The notes under the pieces are model-generated. The model made no database searches and was not told where the DNA came from. It worked only from the letters and a program-made list of their open reading frames with translations. This document shows, in pieces, positions 1 to 9,202 of a stretch of DNA of 64,000 bases. The DNA comes from Cyanophyceae cyanobacterium (lineage in GTDB: Bacteria; Cyanobacteriota; Cyanobacteriia; Cyanobacteriales; Laspinemataceae): positions 320,001-384,000 of the forward strand of contig JBBQFN010000002.1 in assembly GCA_038321985.1 (NCBI GenBank), read 5' to 3'. Positions within the stretch are counted from its first letter, which is position 1, and every line of letters starts with the position of its first letter. The position numbers and the translations under genes are program-made.

Positions 1-430
1 GCGCGGGGGTATGTGCCTCCGGCGATCGCCCTTTGTCCGTTGCAGCCGGGGCAGTGGATCTGCGCGATTCTAATGGCACTACATTAGTTGCCGGAGTTGC
101 CTTACCGGGGGATGATGCACCCTCGCTTTGTTCCCCTATACTGTGAATGCGTTGTGCGACTAATTCCGCCCGTTTCTCCTTAAATCCTTCGGGACGTTCT
201 ACCGTATTCATACTCAAGCGACCTTCAATCACCACCCGATCGCCGACGCGATAACGGCTGTGAAGTTCTTGGGCGAAATTTCCCCATCCAATCACTTTTA
301 AATTAGAGGGCGGATCGCTTTCCCGATAACTGGGAAACTCCACCAACATTTCTGCGATCGCCAAGTTGTCACTGGTATAACGCAATTGCGGTTCTTGGAT
401 GATTTGTGCCATTAAAATGCAGTTATTCAT
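1..430 (-). CDS. ssb: Single-stranded DNA-binding protein (cyanobacterial SSB/Ycf41-like), 3' end runs off the window
   Basis: Not in ORF track. Hand translation from ATG at 430: MNNCILMAQIIQEPQLRYTSDNLAIAEMLVEFPSYRESDPPSNLKVIGWGNFAQELHSRYRVGDRVVIEGRLSMNTVERPEGFKEKRAELVAQRIH followed by a Pro/Ala-rich linker; OB-fold SSB pattern (PQLRYT, GWG, GDRVVIEGRL). Confidence 0.85.
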   Translation of the reverse strand, partial: MNNCILMAQIIQEPQLRYTSDNLAIAEMLVEFPSYRESDPPSNLKVIGWGNFAQELHSRYRVGDRVVIEGRLSMNTVERPEGFKEKRAELVAQRIHSIGEQSEGASSPGKATPATNVVPLESRRSTAPAATDKGRSPEAHTPA

Positions 431-623
431 AATCTCTGTTGTGTTAACTAGACCTTCCTCAAACGAAACCCGGTAAAAGCAAAATGAATTTCATCCTTCC
501 TGGATTAATCTCTCTTGATTTTGCTTTCTGTTTCCTGTGCTTTCATCAATTATATCCGGCAGTGCGGCCCCTGTCCTACCCACCCGGGCGATTCTCCCTC
601 GGGGAGAGGCGATGCGATCGCAC

Positions 624-650
624 TAAAAAGACGCCCCTAAGGGCGTCTCT
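624..650 (-). terminator. Intrinsic terminator downstream of the nucleotidyltransferase gene
   Basis: AGACGCCC-ctaa-GGGCGTCT stem (629-648) with an A-run on + that reads as a U-tract on -. Confidence 0.65.
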
Positions 651-677
651 TAACATAACATCAAAGCAGTCCCCGCC

Positions 678-3212
678 TTAACTGTCCATAATCATTTCAC
701 CTCCCTCCTGTTGCTGGACGAAATCCTGGACGTACTTGCGGTACTGCATCAACGAGGCATCCACCCACTCGCGATCGGCACTGTTGGCGAAAATATGAAC
801 CATCGGTTCTCCGGCGTCAGGCAAAATCAACACCCAACTATCATCATGAGGGCGATCAAAAATCTTCACCCCATCGATCAACTCCAAATTATCTGCGGGG
901 TGTGTTTCTACCAGATGACGCATCAACGCCCCCTTCACCGTCCAAGGACAGCGTACTGTCTGAGTTTTATGGCAAACTCGGGGGACTTCAGAACGAACCT
1001 GTCCCAGAGATTGCTCTTGCACAGTCAGCATCTCAATCGCCTTCGCGATACAGAACATGGCATCAAATCCCGGATGCAGTTCCGGGAAAATAAAGCCCAT
1101 ATCCCCACTGCCACCTAACACCACATTCGGATTAGTATGACAGGCTTCCATTAACGCGGTGGGATTGGCTTTGGTGCGAATCACCTTGCCATCATGGCGA
1201 CGGGCAATATGCTCTACTGCGGATGAAGCATGAACAGGCACGACGACGGTACTGCGTGGGTTTGTGGTCAAAATCATGTGAACCATCACCGCAGTTAACA
1301 ACTCCCCTCGGATGGAACTGCCGCTTTCGTCTACCAAAATTAATAATTCCCCGTTTGCCGAGACTTGTGCGCCAAAGTTAGCGCGCAGGGCTTCCACCAC
1401 CTGGCCCAGTTGTAGAAGTAAATTCTCCCGTTCTTCGTTCACAGGTGCCATCTGACTCAAACTGGCATTCAGAACCACTGCATCTGAGCCAAATTTGGCT
1501 AAAAGCTGCGGTAACACCGCCCCGGATACGGCGTAAGCGTAATCGATTACCACTTTGGAGTTACTATATCGAATCGCTTCTACATTCAGGTGTTTTTCAA
1601 AGCCGGTACTGTACAGATCCAGCACTTGACTGGGGTACGCCATATTCCCAATTTCTTGAATCTGAGCGCGCCGAAAATCTTCTTTAAAATACGCCCCCTC
1701 GATTTTCTTCTCCCGCGCTTTGGAGATATTGATGCCTTTATTATCAAAAAACTCAATCAGCAATGAATCCGGGCGTTCCGGGTGCAAGCGAACATGAAGT
1801 CCGCCCTCCACAGAGAGGGTAGGAACAATATAGCGGGCGACGGGTATCGCTGTAGCTTCCAAGTTTTGAACATGAGTACCGACGGACATCAATCCGGCAA
1901 TTAAGGACCGGGAAACCATGCGGGAGATGCTGCGTTGGTCTCGGGATACGGTAATGCTGGCCCCGGGTTGCAGGGTAGACCCGTAAGCGGCCCCTAATTT
2001 CACGGCAAATTCCGGGGTGATATCGATGTTGGCGAGTCCAGAAACCCCCCGTTGGGCGAAGAGATTGCGTTGGGCAGCTTGACCCCAAATTAAATTAATG
2101 TTGAGGGTAGCACCGGATTCAATTTTTTTGCTAGGCCAGACGCGAACACCGGGGCTGATTTGGGCTTCTTCCCCCACGGTGGAGAGGGACCCAACGACGG
2201 CTCCTTCTAGGACATGAGCACGGCGGTCTACCCGAACACCTCGACCGGCTACACAGGCTCGTAAATGAGCTTCATCGCCAATGATTGCGCCGTTCCAAAC
2301 GATGGGTCGTTTGAGGTCGGCATCGGCACCGATGGTGACGTTATCGCCGAGGACGGTGCCCGATTCAAGTTTGGCCCTGGCACCGATGCGGCAGTTATTA
2401 CCAATGACGACAGGGGTTTCGATTTTGGCGGTGGGGTCGATAAAGGTGTTTTGACCGATCCACAGGCCGGGCGATCGCAATTCGTAGGCAAAGTCTAGCT
2501 TGACTTTTTCCATCAAGCCATCATATTGCGATTCCCGATAGGCATCTAAGTGTCCGACATCACACCAGTACCCTTCGGCGACATAGCCATACATGGGGTC
2601 GCCTTTTTTCAGCAACAGGGGAAATAAATCTTGGGAAAAGTCGCTTTCTTGATTAGCCGGTAAATAATCCAGGACCTCGGGTTCTAGGATATAGATGCCA
2701 GTGTTGACCGTATCGGAAAAAATTTCACTGGTTGAGGGTTTTTCTAAAAATCGTTGAATTCGCAGTTGGTCATCGGTAATAACGACCCCAAATTCCACGG
2801 GGTTAGGAACCCGGGTTAATACTAAGGTTGCTTTCGATCCCTTCTCTTTATGAAATTTAATCGCTGCGGTGAGGTCAAAGTCGGTGATGCTGTCGCCGCT
2901 AATCACTAAGAAGGTTTCATCCAGAAGTTCGGCGATATTTTTGACGCATCCAGCAGTTCCTAGGGGTTGGTCTTCTTCAACGGCATAGGTCATTTGAACG
3001 CCAAATTCGCTACCGTCTTGGAAGTAATCCCGCATAACGTCGGGCAGGTAGTGCAGGGTGGCAATAATTTCGGTAATGTTGTGCCGTCTAAGCAGATTGA
3101 CAATGTGTTCGGCGATGGGTCGATTGATAATGGGTACCATCGGTTTGGGTAAATCACAGGTCAGAGGTCTGAGCCTGGTTCCTGAACCGCCCGCCATCAG
3201 CACTGCTCGCAT
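678..3212 (-). CDS. Mannose-1-phosphate guanylyltransferase-like protein (NTP transferase + hexapeptide repeats + phosphohexomutase-like C-terminal domains)
   Basis: N-terminal MAGGSGTRLRPLT..PKP signature, EKP, DVG, left-handed beta-helix repeats, then PGM/PMM-like fold; 844 aa. Confidence 0.9.
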   Translation of the reverse strand: MRAVLMAGGSGTRLRPLTCDLPKPMVPIINRPIAEHIVNLLRRHNITEIIATLHYLPDVMRDYFQDGSEFGVQMTYAVEEDQPLGTAGCVKNIAELLDETFLVISGDSITDFDLTAAIKFHKEKGSKATLVLTRVPNPVEFGVVITDDQLRIQRFLEKPSTSEIFSDTVNTGIYILEPEVLDYLPANQESDFSQDLFPLLLKKGDPMYGYVAEGYWCDVGHLDAYRESQYDGLMEKVKLDFAYELRSPGLWIGQNTFIDPTAKIETPVVIGNNCRIGARAKLESGTVLGDNVTIGADADLKRPIVWNGAIIGDEAHLRACVAGRGVRVDRRAHVLEGAVVGSLSTVGEEAQISPGVRVWPSKKIESGATLNINLIWGQAAQRNLFAQRGVSGLANIDITPEFAVKLGAAYGSTLQPGASITVSRDQRSISRMVSRSLIAGLMSVGTHVQNLEATAIPVARYIVPTLSVEGGLHVRLHPERPDSLLIEFFDNKGINISKAREKKIEGAYFKEDFRRAQIQEIGNMAYPSQVLDLYSTGFEKHLNVEAIRYSNSKVVIDYAYAVSGAVLPQLLAKFGSDAVVLNASLSQMAPVNEERENLLLQLGQVVEALRANFGAQVSANGELLILVDESGSSIRGELLTAVMVHMILTTNPRSTVVVPVHASSAVEHIARRHDGKVIRTKANPTALMEACHTNPNVVLGGSGDMGFIFPELHPGFDAMFCIAKAIEMLTVQEQSLGQVRSEVPRVCHKTQTVRCPWTVKGALMRHLVETHPADNLELIDGVKIFDRPHDDSWVLILPDAGEPMVHIFANSADREWVDASLMQYRKYVQDFVQQQEGGEMIMDS

Positions 3213-4087
3213 AATTCCTCCTGAATCATTTTTATTTTATGGTGCAGTCGCATCGTTGCAGTTAGTAACGTGCGACCGTTTGTCGTACTCTAGTATCCTA
3301 TGCCACTCCCACAGCTTCAGAGCTTTATGAGCCATCGCCTTGACCTCCCCACTGTCCAGAATTTGTGCAGTAGGGTTGGTGTTGAACTCTTTTTGGCGCT
3401 CTTGATTTGGCTGTGATCACTGGTGTTGGCGGTTTTATTTGTGCTTTACAGATTTAATCGTTGTCTAGAGGGTATCCCCCTGTCTCCACCCTGGAGATAG
3501 ATGTTGGGATCCCATTTCAGAAATCCTTCGCGATCGCCGGTTCACGGAGTTTTGAGCCGATTAGCAAGTTGATCTGTGTCCCTATCCCCACCGGCGATCG
3601 CTGCAAATTCTGACCGATGACGGATCCGGCGGCTGGGTCTTTTTCCCCCCTCATCCCTTCCGATGATTCGTTGGGGCTGGATTAATATCAATGCTTCTTT
3701 TCATGACTCGACAAGCCGTATTCTTACAAGGCAGATGGATAGTTGAGGGAGGTAGCAAAATTTAACTTTTCCCCGCAATTGCGATCGCTGCTGTTGATAC
3801 TCTTTATCACCGATACCACAAAACGCGCTCCAACACTGCCACCGAGATAACAAACCCCACAAAATCATCCCCCGGCGATCGCATCTATCCCCTAAATTCC
3901 CCTAACTCGGGTCAAACTCACTCTATGCTAACGCGATCAGTAGCATAGAGTGAGTGCGATCGAGTAACCTTAAAAATAGAAGTGGTTCATTTCGCCACTT
4001 TTAAGAATTGCCGTTGAGGTCGCCCAGAGGCTGAGGGGCCTATGGGCGACCTGAAATCCAACATTGACGCTTAGGGGACTAAAGACG

Positions 4088-4270
4088 ATGATGCAGTTAG
4101 TGGGTTTGGCCTTCCTGGTTCTATATGCTGCTGGAGGTTGGAAGTTCTGGAAGGGCTTTAGACGGACCAATTTTACAGAGGGTCGTCTGTATTTAACCCT
4201 GTTGTGGCCGGTTTTGGTGGTGAATAAGTCTTACCGCAAGAATTTTACCAAGGCCCTTAAAGGTCGCTAG
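4088..4270 (+). CDS. Small conserved-type cyanobacterial membrane protein (about 60 aa)
   Basis: ATG at 4088 after AGGGG; two hydrophobic stretches, GWKFWKGFRRTNF and LWP..SYRKNF.KALKG pattern typical of a cyanobacterial hypothetical family. Confidence 0.75.
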   Translation: MMQLVGLAFLVLYAAGGWKFWKGFRRTNFTEGRLYLTLLWPVLVVNKSYRKNFTKALKGR

Positions 4271-4334
4271 TGCCCCACAGCCTCCCGATCCGAAGCGGGT
4301 AAAATAATCAGGCCAATCCTAGGGATAATGGTTC

Positions 4335-5057
4335 ATGTCTAAAGTGCCGAATAGTAGTCCGCCTAATGCCGATTTTTCAGGGTCAGACCCCTGGCAAACG
4401 CGGCTTTCTCCTGTGGCGTCTCGCTTTAATCAGGAGTATCGGGGGGATCCAGTTGAACTCCCGCCCGAGGTGGAGTCGATGCCAATTTTTCACGATCGCG
4501 TTTCAGGTTCCTTACAAGCGACTCAGGTTTCTCCTTTCTGGGAGATTGCTCAACCTAAAAAAAATCAGCGCTGTCTGGATATTGGCTGTGGGGTCAGTTT
4601 CTTAGTCTATCCTTGGCGGGATTGGGGGGCTTACTTTTACGGACATGAGATTAGTACGGTTGCTCGGGATGCGCTCAATTCTCGGGGTCCCCAGCTTAAT
4701 TCTAAGTTGTTTAAAGGGGTTGCCGTAGGCCCGGCTCATCGCTTAATTTATGAGGAAAATACCTTCGATCTAGCGATCGCCACGGGGTTTAGTTGCTATT
4801 ATCCCTTAGCTTATTGGGCAGATGTACTCTCTCAAGTGCAGCGGGTTTTAAAACCGGAGGGGACTTTTGTTTTTGATGTTCTCAATCCAGAGGCAGACCT
4901 CGCCGAAAATTGGGCAATTTTAGAAATGTATCTGGGTACTGAGGTATTTTTAGAACCCCTCACTGAGTGGGAAAAACTCCTAAAAGAGTCTGGCTGTAAA
5001 GTGGTGAAGCGATCGCCAGGAAAGCTCTTTTCCATGTATAAAGTTAGATTTGAATAA
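4335..5057 (+). CDS. Class I SAM-dependent methyltransferase
   Basis: Motif I LDIGCG, FDLAIA, RVLKPEG post-II motif. Confidence 0.85.
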   Translation: MSKVPNSSPPNADFSGSDPWQTRLSPVASRFNQEYRGDPVELPPEVESMPIFHDRVSGSLQATQVSPFWEIAQPKKNQRCLDIGCGVSFLVYPWRDWGAYFYGHEISTVARDALNSRGPQLNSKLFKGVAVGPAHRLIYEENTFDLAIATGFSCYYPLAYWADVLSQVQRVLKPEGTFVFDVLNPEADLAENWAILEMYLGTEVFLEPLTEWEKLLKESGCKVVKRSPGKLFSMYKVRFE

Positions 5058-5166
5058 TCCCGCAGCCCGCAGCCTCAAGGCTGATCCGAGCCGAAGCCCA
5101 GCAAGCGCGGGCTGCCCTTAAAATAGCACTTGCTCCCGTAGAATTTTGCATAATCTGCCCCGAGTT

Positions 5167-5988
5167 ATGACAGTTACTCCGTCCATTTGGCTGATTGGCG
5201 GTACGAGGGAAAGCCGGGAATTAGCCCAGCTTCTTGCCTTAGAACACCTCCCCTGTACGATTTCGGTAACGACAGAAGCGGCGCGATCGCTGTATCCCTC
5301 GGATCCGATGTTGCAAGTTTGGGTGGGCCAGTTAGATGGCGATCGCATTTCAAATTTTCTCACTTCACACCAGATTGTTGCCATCTTAGATGCTTCTCAC
5401 CCTTATGCCACTCAAATCTCACAACTAGCCATAATAACTGCCACTAAGTATAGTCTCTCCTACTTGCGCTATGAACGAGCCTCTGTAATAGACTCACATT
5501 TTATAGGTACTCCCTCTATTAAAAACGACTCAATTCTTAGCCTGTCCAGCTTTGAAACCTTAATTGAGGGAAACTATTTAGCCGGAGAGCGAGTATTACT
5601 AACGACCGGATATCGCACATTATCCCTGTTTCAACCCTGGCAGGAACACTCGCACCTGTATGCGCGGGTTCTCCCGGCAGTCGCGTCCCTAGAAGCGGCT
5701 TTAGCTGCTGGATTCACCCCCGATCGCCTCTTGGCAATCCGCCCCCCTATTTCCCTCGAATTAGAACGGGCACTCTGGCAGCAGTGGCAAATTACCCTAG
5801 TCGTGAGCAAAGCATCGGGGACCCCAGGGGGAGAACCGAGCAAACGCCAGCTTGCAAAAGAACTCGGCATCCAACTAATCCTGATTGATCGACCGACAAT
5901 CACTTATCCTCATCAAACCGATGACATATCCCTTGCTGTAGCATTTTGTCGCGCTCAATTGTGCGATGTCATCAAGTTTCCCCCCTAA
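5167..5988 (+). CDS. cobK: Precorrin-6A / cobalt-precorrin-6A reductase
   Basis: IWLIGGT.ES, LDASHPYA..IS, YLRYER, LTTG, ARVLP, VSKASG, IDRP motifs; ATG at 5167 preferred over upstream TTG 5146. Confidence 0.9.
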   Translation: MTVTPSIWLIGGTRESRELAQLLALEHLPCTISVTTEAARSLYPSDPMLQVWVGQLDGDRISNFLTSHQIVAILDASHPYATQISQLAIITATKYSLSYLRYERASVIDSHFIGTPSIKNDSILSLSSFETLIEGNYLAGERVLLTTGYRTLSLFQPWQEHSHLYARVLPAVASLEAALAAGFTPDRLLAIRPPISLELERALWQQWQITLVVSKASGTPGGEPSKRQLAKELGIQLILIDRPTITYPHQTDDISLAVAFCRAQLCDVIKFPP

Positions 5989-6118
5989 TCCCTCAAAGAA
6001 GGAAAATCCCACTCCCTGGGTCAAATCAGAAAGTAACTTGATGCGACAACTGGATATAAAGTAAGCGAAAATGAAAAAAGACGCAATCCGCGTCGAAGTA
6101 AAAAAATTGAGTAGATTT

Positions 6119-7423
6119 ATGGCTAAAGTTCTTATTGAAAACGTTTACAAAAGTTATGGCGATCGCCGGGAAAAACCAACGCCAGCCCCTGCCGAGGGAA
6201 TGTTGCTTACCGATGACACCTCCACCGCCACTTCAAAAGCTGCCCAGATTTTGCGACGAATTAACCTCACGGTAGAAGATGGGGAATTTATGGTTTTGGT
6301 GGGACCGTCAGGATGTGGCAAAAGTACCCTGTTGCGCTTAATTGCTGGACTCGAAGAATTAACCGCCGGGAATATTTGGGTAGGCGACAGCCTCTTGAAT
6401 GACCTCCCTCCCAAGGACCGGGATATTGCAATGGTCTTTCAAAACTACGCCCTCTACCCCCACCTCAAAGTTTATGACAATATTGCCTTTGGGTTGCGGC
6501 GAACGATGGTGATGAATGACCCTGGATCTGAGGCAACATCGGTCCACAAGGATGCTGCCTCGGTCCCCAAGTGGGCGGAAGATGCCTTAGTCTCCATGAC
6601 GCGAAGTCTGCCCAAACCCCTGCGTTATCTTTCACCCAAAGAACGGGAGGTGGACAAGCGGGTGAGAACCGTGGCGGGGTTACTCCAAATTGAAGGGTTG
6701 CTCGATCGCCTGCCGAAACAACTCTCCGGGGGTCAAAAGCAACGGGTGGCCCTAGGACGCGCCATGGCCCGGAATCCCCAGGTCTTTTTAATGGATGAAC
6801 CCCTTTCTAATTTAGATGCCAAACTGCGGGCGGAAACTCGAAGTCAAATTGTCAAGTTGCAGCGTCAGTTAGGAACGACCACAATTTATGTTACCCACGA
6901 TCAAACGGAAGCGATGACGATGGGCGATCGCATTGCCGTGATGAATGCCGGACAAATTCAACAAATTGCTGCGCCACTCGAACTCTATCATCGCCCTGCT
7001 AATTTGTTTGTGGCTGAATTTATCGGATCACCGCCCATGAACTTTATTCCGGTACAGCTTAAAGCCCCGTTATCGATCACCCATGACTCGTTTCGGTTTA
7101 CCTTGCCGGAATATTGGGGGGCGGCGTTACAAGGGTATGACGGGCGATCGCTGATTTTAGGGATTCGTCCCGAACATCTGAGTGTGAGTCCAGCCGCGAC
7201 TAAAAATATGAAGGTGAAGGTTGATTTGGTCGAAGCCTTGGGTTCGGAGACCTATATCGTGGGAACTCTTCTGGGGCATGACCTGCCTAAACCGATCCAG
7301 GCGCGGATCGAACCGGATTGGATGGTGCATCCGGGAGAGGAGATTTGGTTGGCGATCGCCCCGGAAAAAATTCACCTATTTGACTCGTCCACGGGAAGGG
7401 CAATCTTTGCCCGTGACCGTTGA
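6119..7423 (+). CDS. MalK/UgpC-type sugar ABC transporter ATP-binding protein
   Basis: Walker A GPSGCGKS, VFQNYALYPH, LSGGQ signature, MDEPLSNLD, YVTHDQ, C-terminal TOBE (GIRPEH); start at MAKV (6119) or upstream ATG 6071. Confidence 0.9.
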   Translation: MAKVLIENVYKSYGDRREKPTPAPAEGMLLTDDTSTATSKAAQILRRINLTVEDGEFMVLVGPSGCGKSTLLRLIAGLEELTAGNIWVGDSLLNDLPPKDRDIAMVFQNYALYPHLKVYDNIAFGLRRTMVMNDPGSEATSVHKDAASVPKWAEDALVSMTRSLPKPLRYLSPKEREVDKRVRTVAGLLQIEGLLDRLPKQLSGGQKQRVALGRAMARNPQVFLMDEPLSNLDAKLRAETRSQIVKLQRQLGTTTIYVTHDQTEAMTMGDRIAVMNAGQIQQIAAPLELYHRPANLFVAEFIGSPPMNFIPVQLKAPLSITHDSFRFTLPEYWGAALQGYDGRSLILGIRPEHLSVSPAATKNMKVKVDLVEALGSETYIVGTLLGHDLPKPIQARIEPDWMVHPGEEIWLAIAPEKIHLFDSSTGRAIFARDR

Positions 7424-7515
7424 GGGCGCATTTAGAGGGACTGGATTGATGGCCGACTTAGGGCGACTGCCCTGCCTTGTCCCCGACCGCTCTGCATAAA
7501 ATTGTCAAATTAGCA

Positions 7516-7540
7516 AAAAATTGTTACAATTTTTAATGAA
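7516..7540 (+). promoter_or_regulatory. Putative HLR1-like (RpaB-binding) element upstream of hli
   Basis: GTTACAAT-tt-TTAATGAA (7523-7540) resembles the HLR1 direct repeat with a degenerate second half; overlaps the palindrome AAAAATTGT-T-ACAATTTTT (7516-7534). Confidence 0.45.
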
Positions 7541-7575
7541 ACGGGACAAATGTTTATGAATTGGAGTTTAATTTC

Positions 7576-7731
7576 ATGATAGAACCACAAAAGCGCAATC
7601 AATGGAATTGGGGATTTACGCCGAGTGCAGAAAACTGGAACGGTCGTTTCGCAATGATTGGATTTATTTCTGCGGTCGTACTTGAACTTGCCACAGGTCA
7701 AGGGGTTTTACACTTTTTAGGGATCATCTAA
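7576..7731 (+). CDS. hli: High-light-inducible protein (HLIP/SCP, single-helix CAB-like), 51 aa
   Basis: Not in ORF track. [51 protein letters not shown]; contains ExxNGRxAM and TGQG motifs; GGAG RBS upstream. Confidence 0.95.
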   Translation: MIEPQKRNQWNWGFTPSAENWNGRFAMIGFISAVVLELATGQGVLHFLGII

Positions 7732-7761
7732 GCCGGTTACTGCTATAAGTGAGCGGAAATT

Positions 7762-7801
7762 AAAAAATAGGGGGGACTTTCCATGGGAACCCCCTATTTT
7801 T
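7762..7801. terminator. Bidirectional intrinsic terminator between hli and sigA
   Basis: AAAAATAGGGGG ... CCCCCTATTTTT inverted repeat with A/T tracts on both sides. Confidence 0.75.
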
Positions 7802-8038
7802 GGGAGCAGATAAATTATCCCTTTTAAATAGACTTCTTACTTAAATCTCTTCAGCCCCTGTGGAACAAAATCTTAATTCCTCTGACTCCCCCGTTGCGAA
7901 AGGGGGGATGGGGGGATTGATCCAGAATGATGTAAAAGGTTTAATATCGGATATTAGCCAGACCCGGCGATCGCAGTTTGAACCGGAGGAATTAGAGACG
8001 CGATAATTGATCGCGTCTCCCGGATTTAGGGCGATCGC

Positions 8039-9202
8039 CTAACGGATGTACTCTTTCAGAATGCTATTGCGATTAGGATGGCGCAACTTCCGCAACGCTT
8101 TGGCCTCTATTTGACGAATGCGTTCGCGGGTGACATTAAAGATTTGCCCAATTTCTTCTAAAGTTTTCATGCGGCCATCATCTAAACCGTAGCGTAGCCG
8201 CAAAACGTCACGTTCCCGAGGGCTAAGGGTATCCAGAACGCTTTCGAGATCTTCGCGTAACAGGTTTTTCGAGACCTGATCTTCTGGAGTTTCCCCATCG
8301 GATTCAATAAAATCGCCCAGTCTAGAATCTTCTTCTTTACCAATTGGGGTTTCCAGAGAAATGGGTAATTGAGCCGATTTCGCAATAAATCTCAACTTTT
8401 CGATGGTCATTTCCATGCGAGTTGCGATTTCTTCTTCCGTAGGTTTCCGCCCCATTTCTTGGGACAAAAGTTTGGTGGTTTTTTTAATCCGGGAGATGGT
8501 TTCGTAAAGATGAACGGGAAGGCGAATGGTCCGGGACTGATCCGCGATCGCCCGGGTAATCGCCTGCCGAATCCACCAAGTCGCGTATGTCGAGAATTTA
8601 TAACCCTTTTCGTGATCAAACTTTTCGGCAGCCCTGATCAAACCCAGACTTCCTTCTTGAATCAAATCTTGAAACGAGAGTCCCCGATTCATGTATTTTT
8701 TGGCGATCGACACGACCAGACGCAGGTTTGACTGCACCATCTTATCCTTGGCCCGTCTCCCGGAATGAAGCCGATGGCGAAACTGACCCAAGGTCATACT
8801 CACCGCATCTGCCCATTCGGCATCGTAGGGTTCTCGTTGCAAGTGATCGTACAGATGTTCGCGAATCCGCTCTAATTCTAGCAAGTCGGCAATTTTGCGA
8901 GCCAGTTCAATTTCTTCATCTGCACGTAACAGTCTAATGCGACCAATTTCTTGCAAATACAGACGAATAGAGTCTTCCGTATAATGCTTCTTCTTCGTTT
9001 GAGTCCGGCGACGAGTTGCCCGGCCCTTTGTCGCTTTGCCCTCTTCGTCTTCTGAGACCGCCCCTAAAAATTCATCCTCATCGATGGATACGAGAGGTTC
9101 ATCATCTGCCTCAATTAATATTTCTAAATCATGCTGAGATTGACCGATGGATTTGATATCGGTATTCTCAATAGGTGCCAGTACGTTATTAGCCTGGGTC
9201 AT
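8039..9202 (-). CDS. sigA: Principal (group 1) RNA polymerase sigma factor
   Basis: [70 protein letters not shown]; start MTQANN (9202) after a GAGG RBS. Confidence 0.97.
   Translation of the reverse strand: MTQANNVLAPIENTDIKSIGQSQHDLEILIEADDEPLVSIDEDEFLGAVSEDEEGKATKGRATRRRTQTKKKHYTEDSIRLYLQEIGRIRLLRADEEIELARKIADLLELERIREHLYDHLQREPYDAEWADAVSMTLGQFRHRLHSGRRAKDKMVQSNLRLVVSIAKKYMNRGLSFQDLIQEGSLGLIRAAEKFDHEKGYKFSTYATWWIRQAITRAIADQSRTIRLPVHLYETISRIKKTTKLLSQEMGRKPTEEEIATRMEMTIEKLRFIAKSAQLPISLETPIGKEEDSRLGDFIESDGETPEDQVSKNLLREDLESVLDTLSPRERDVLRLRYGLDDGRMKTLEEIGQIFNVTRERIRQIEAKALRKLRHPNRNSILKEYIR

Noticed and set aside
5058..5166. Cobalamin riboswitch upstream of cobK
   Set aside because: The region is too short and lacks recognisable B12-box/GGGAA/GCCACTG elements.
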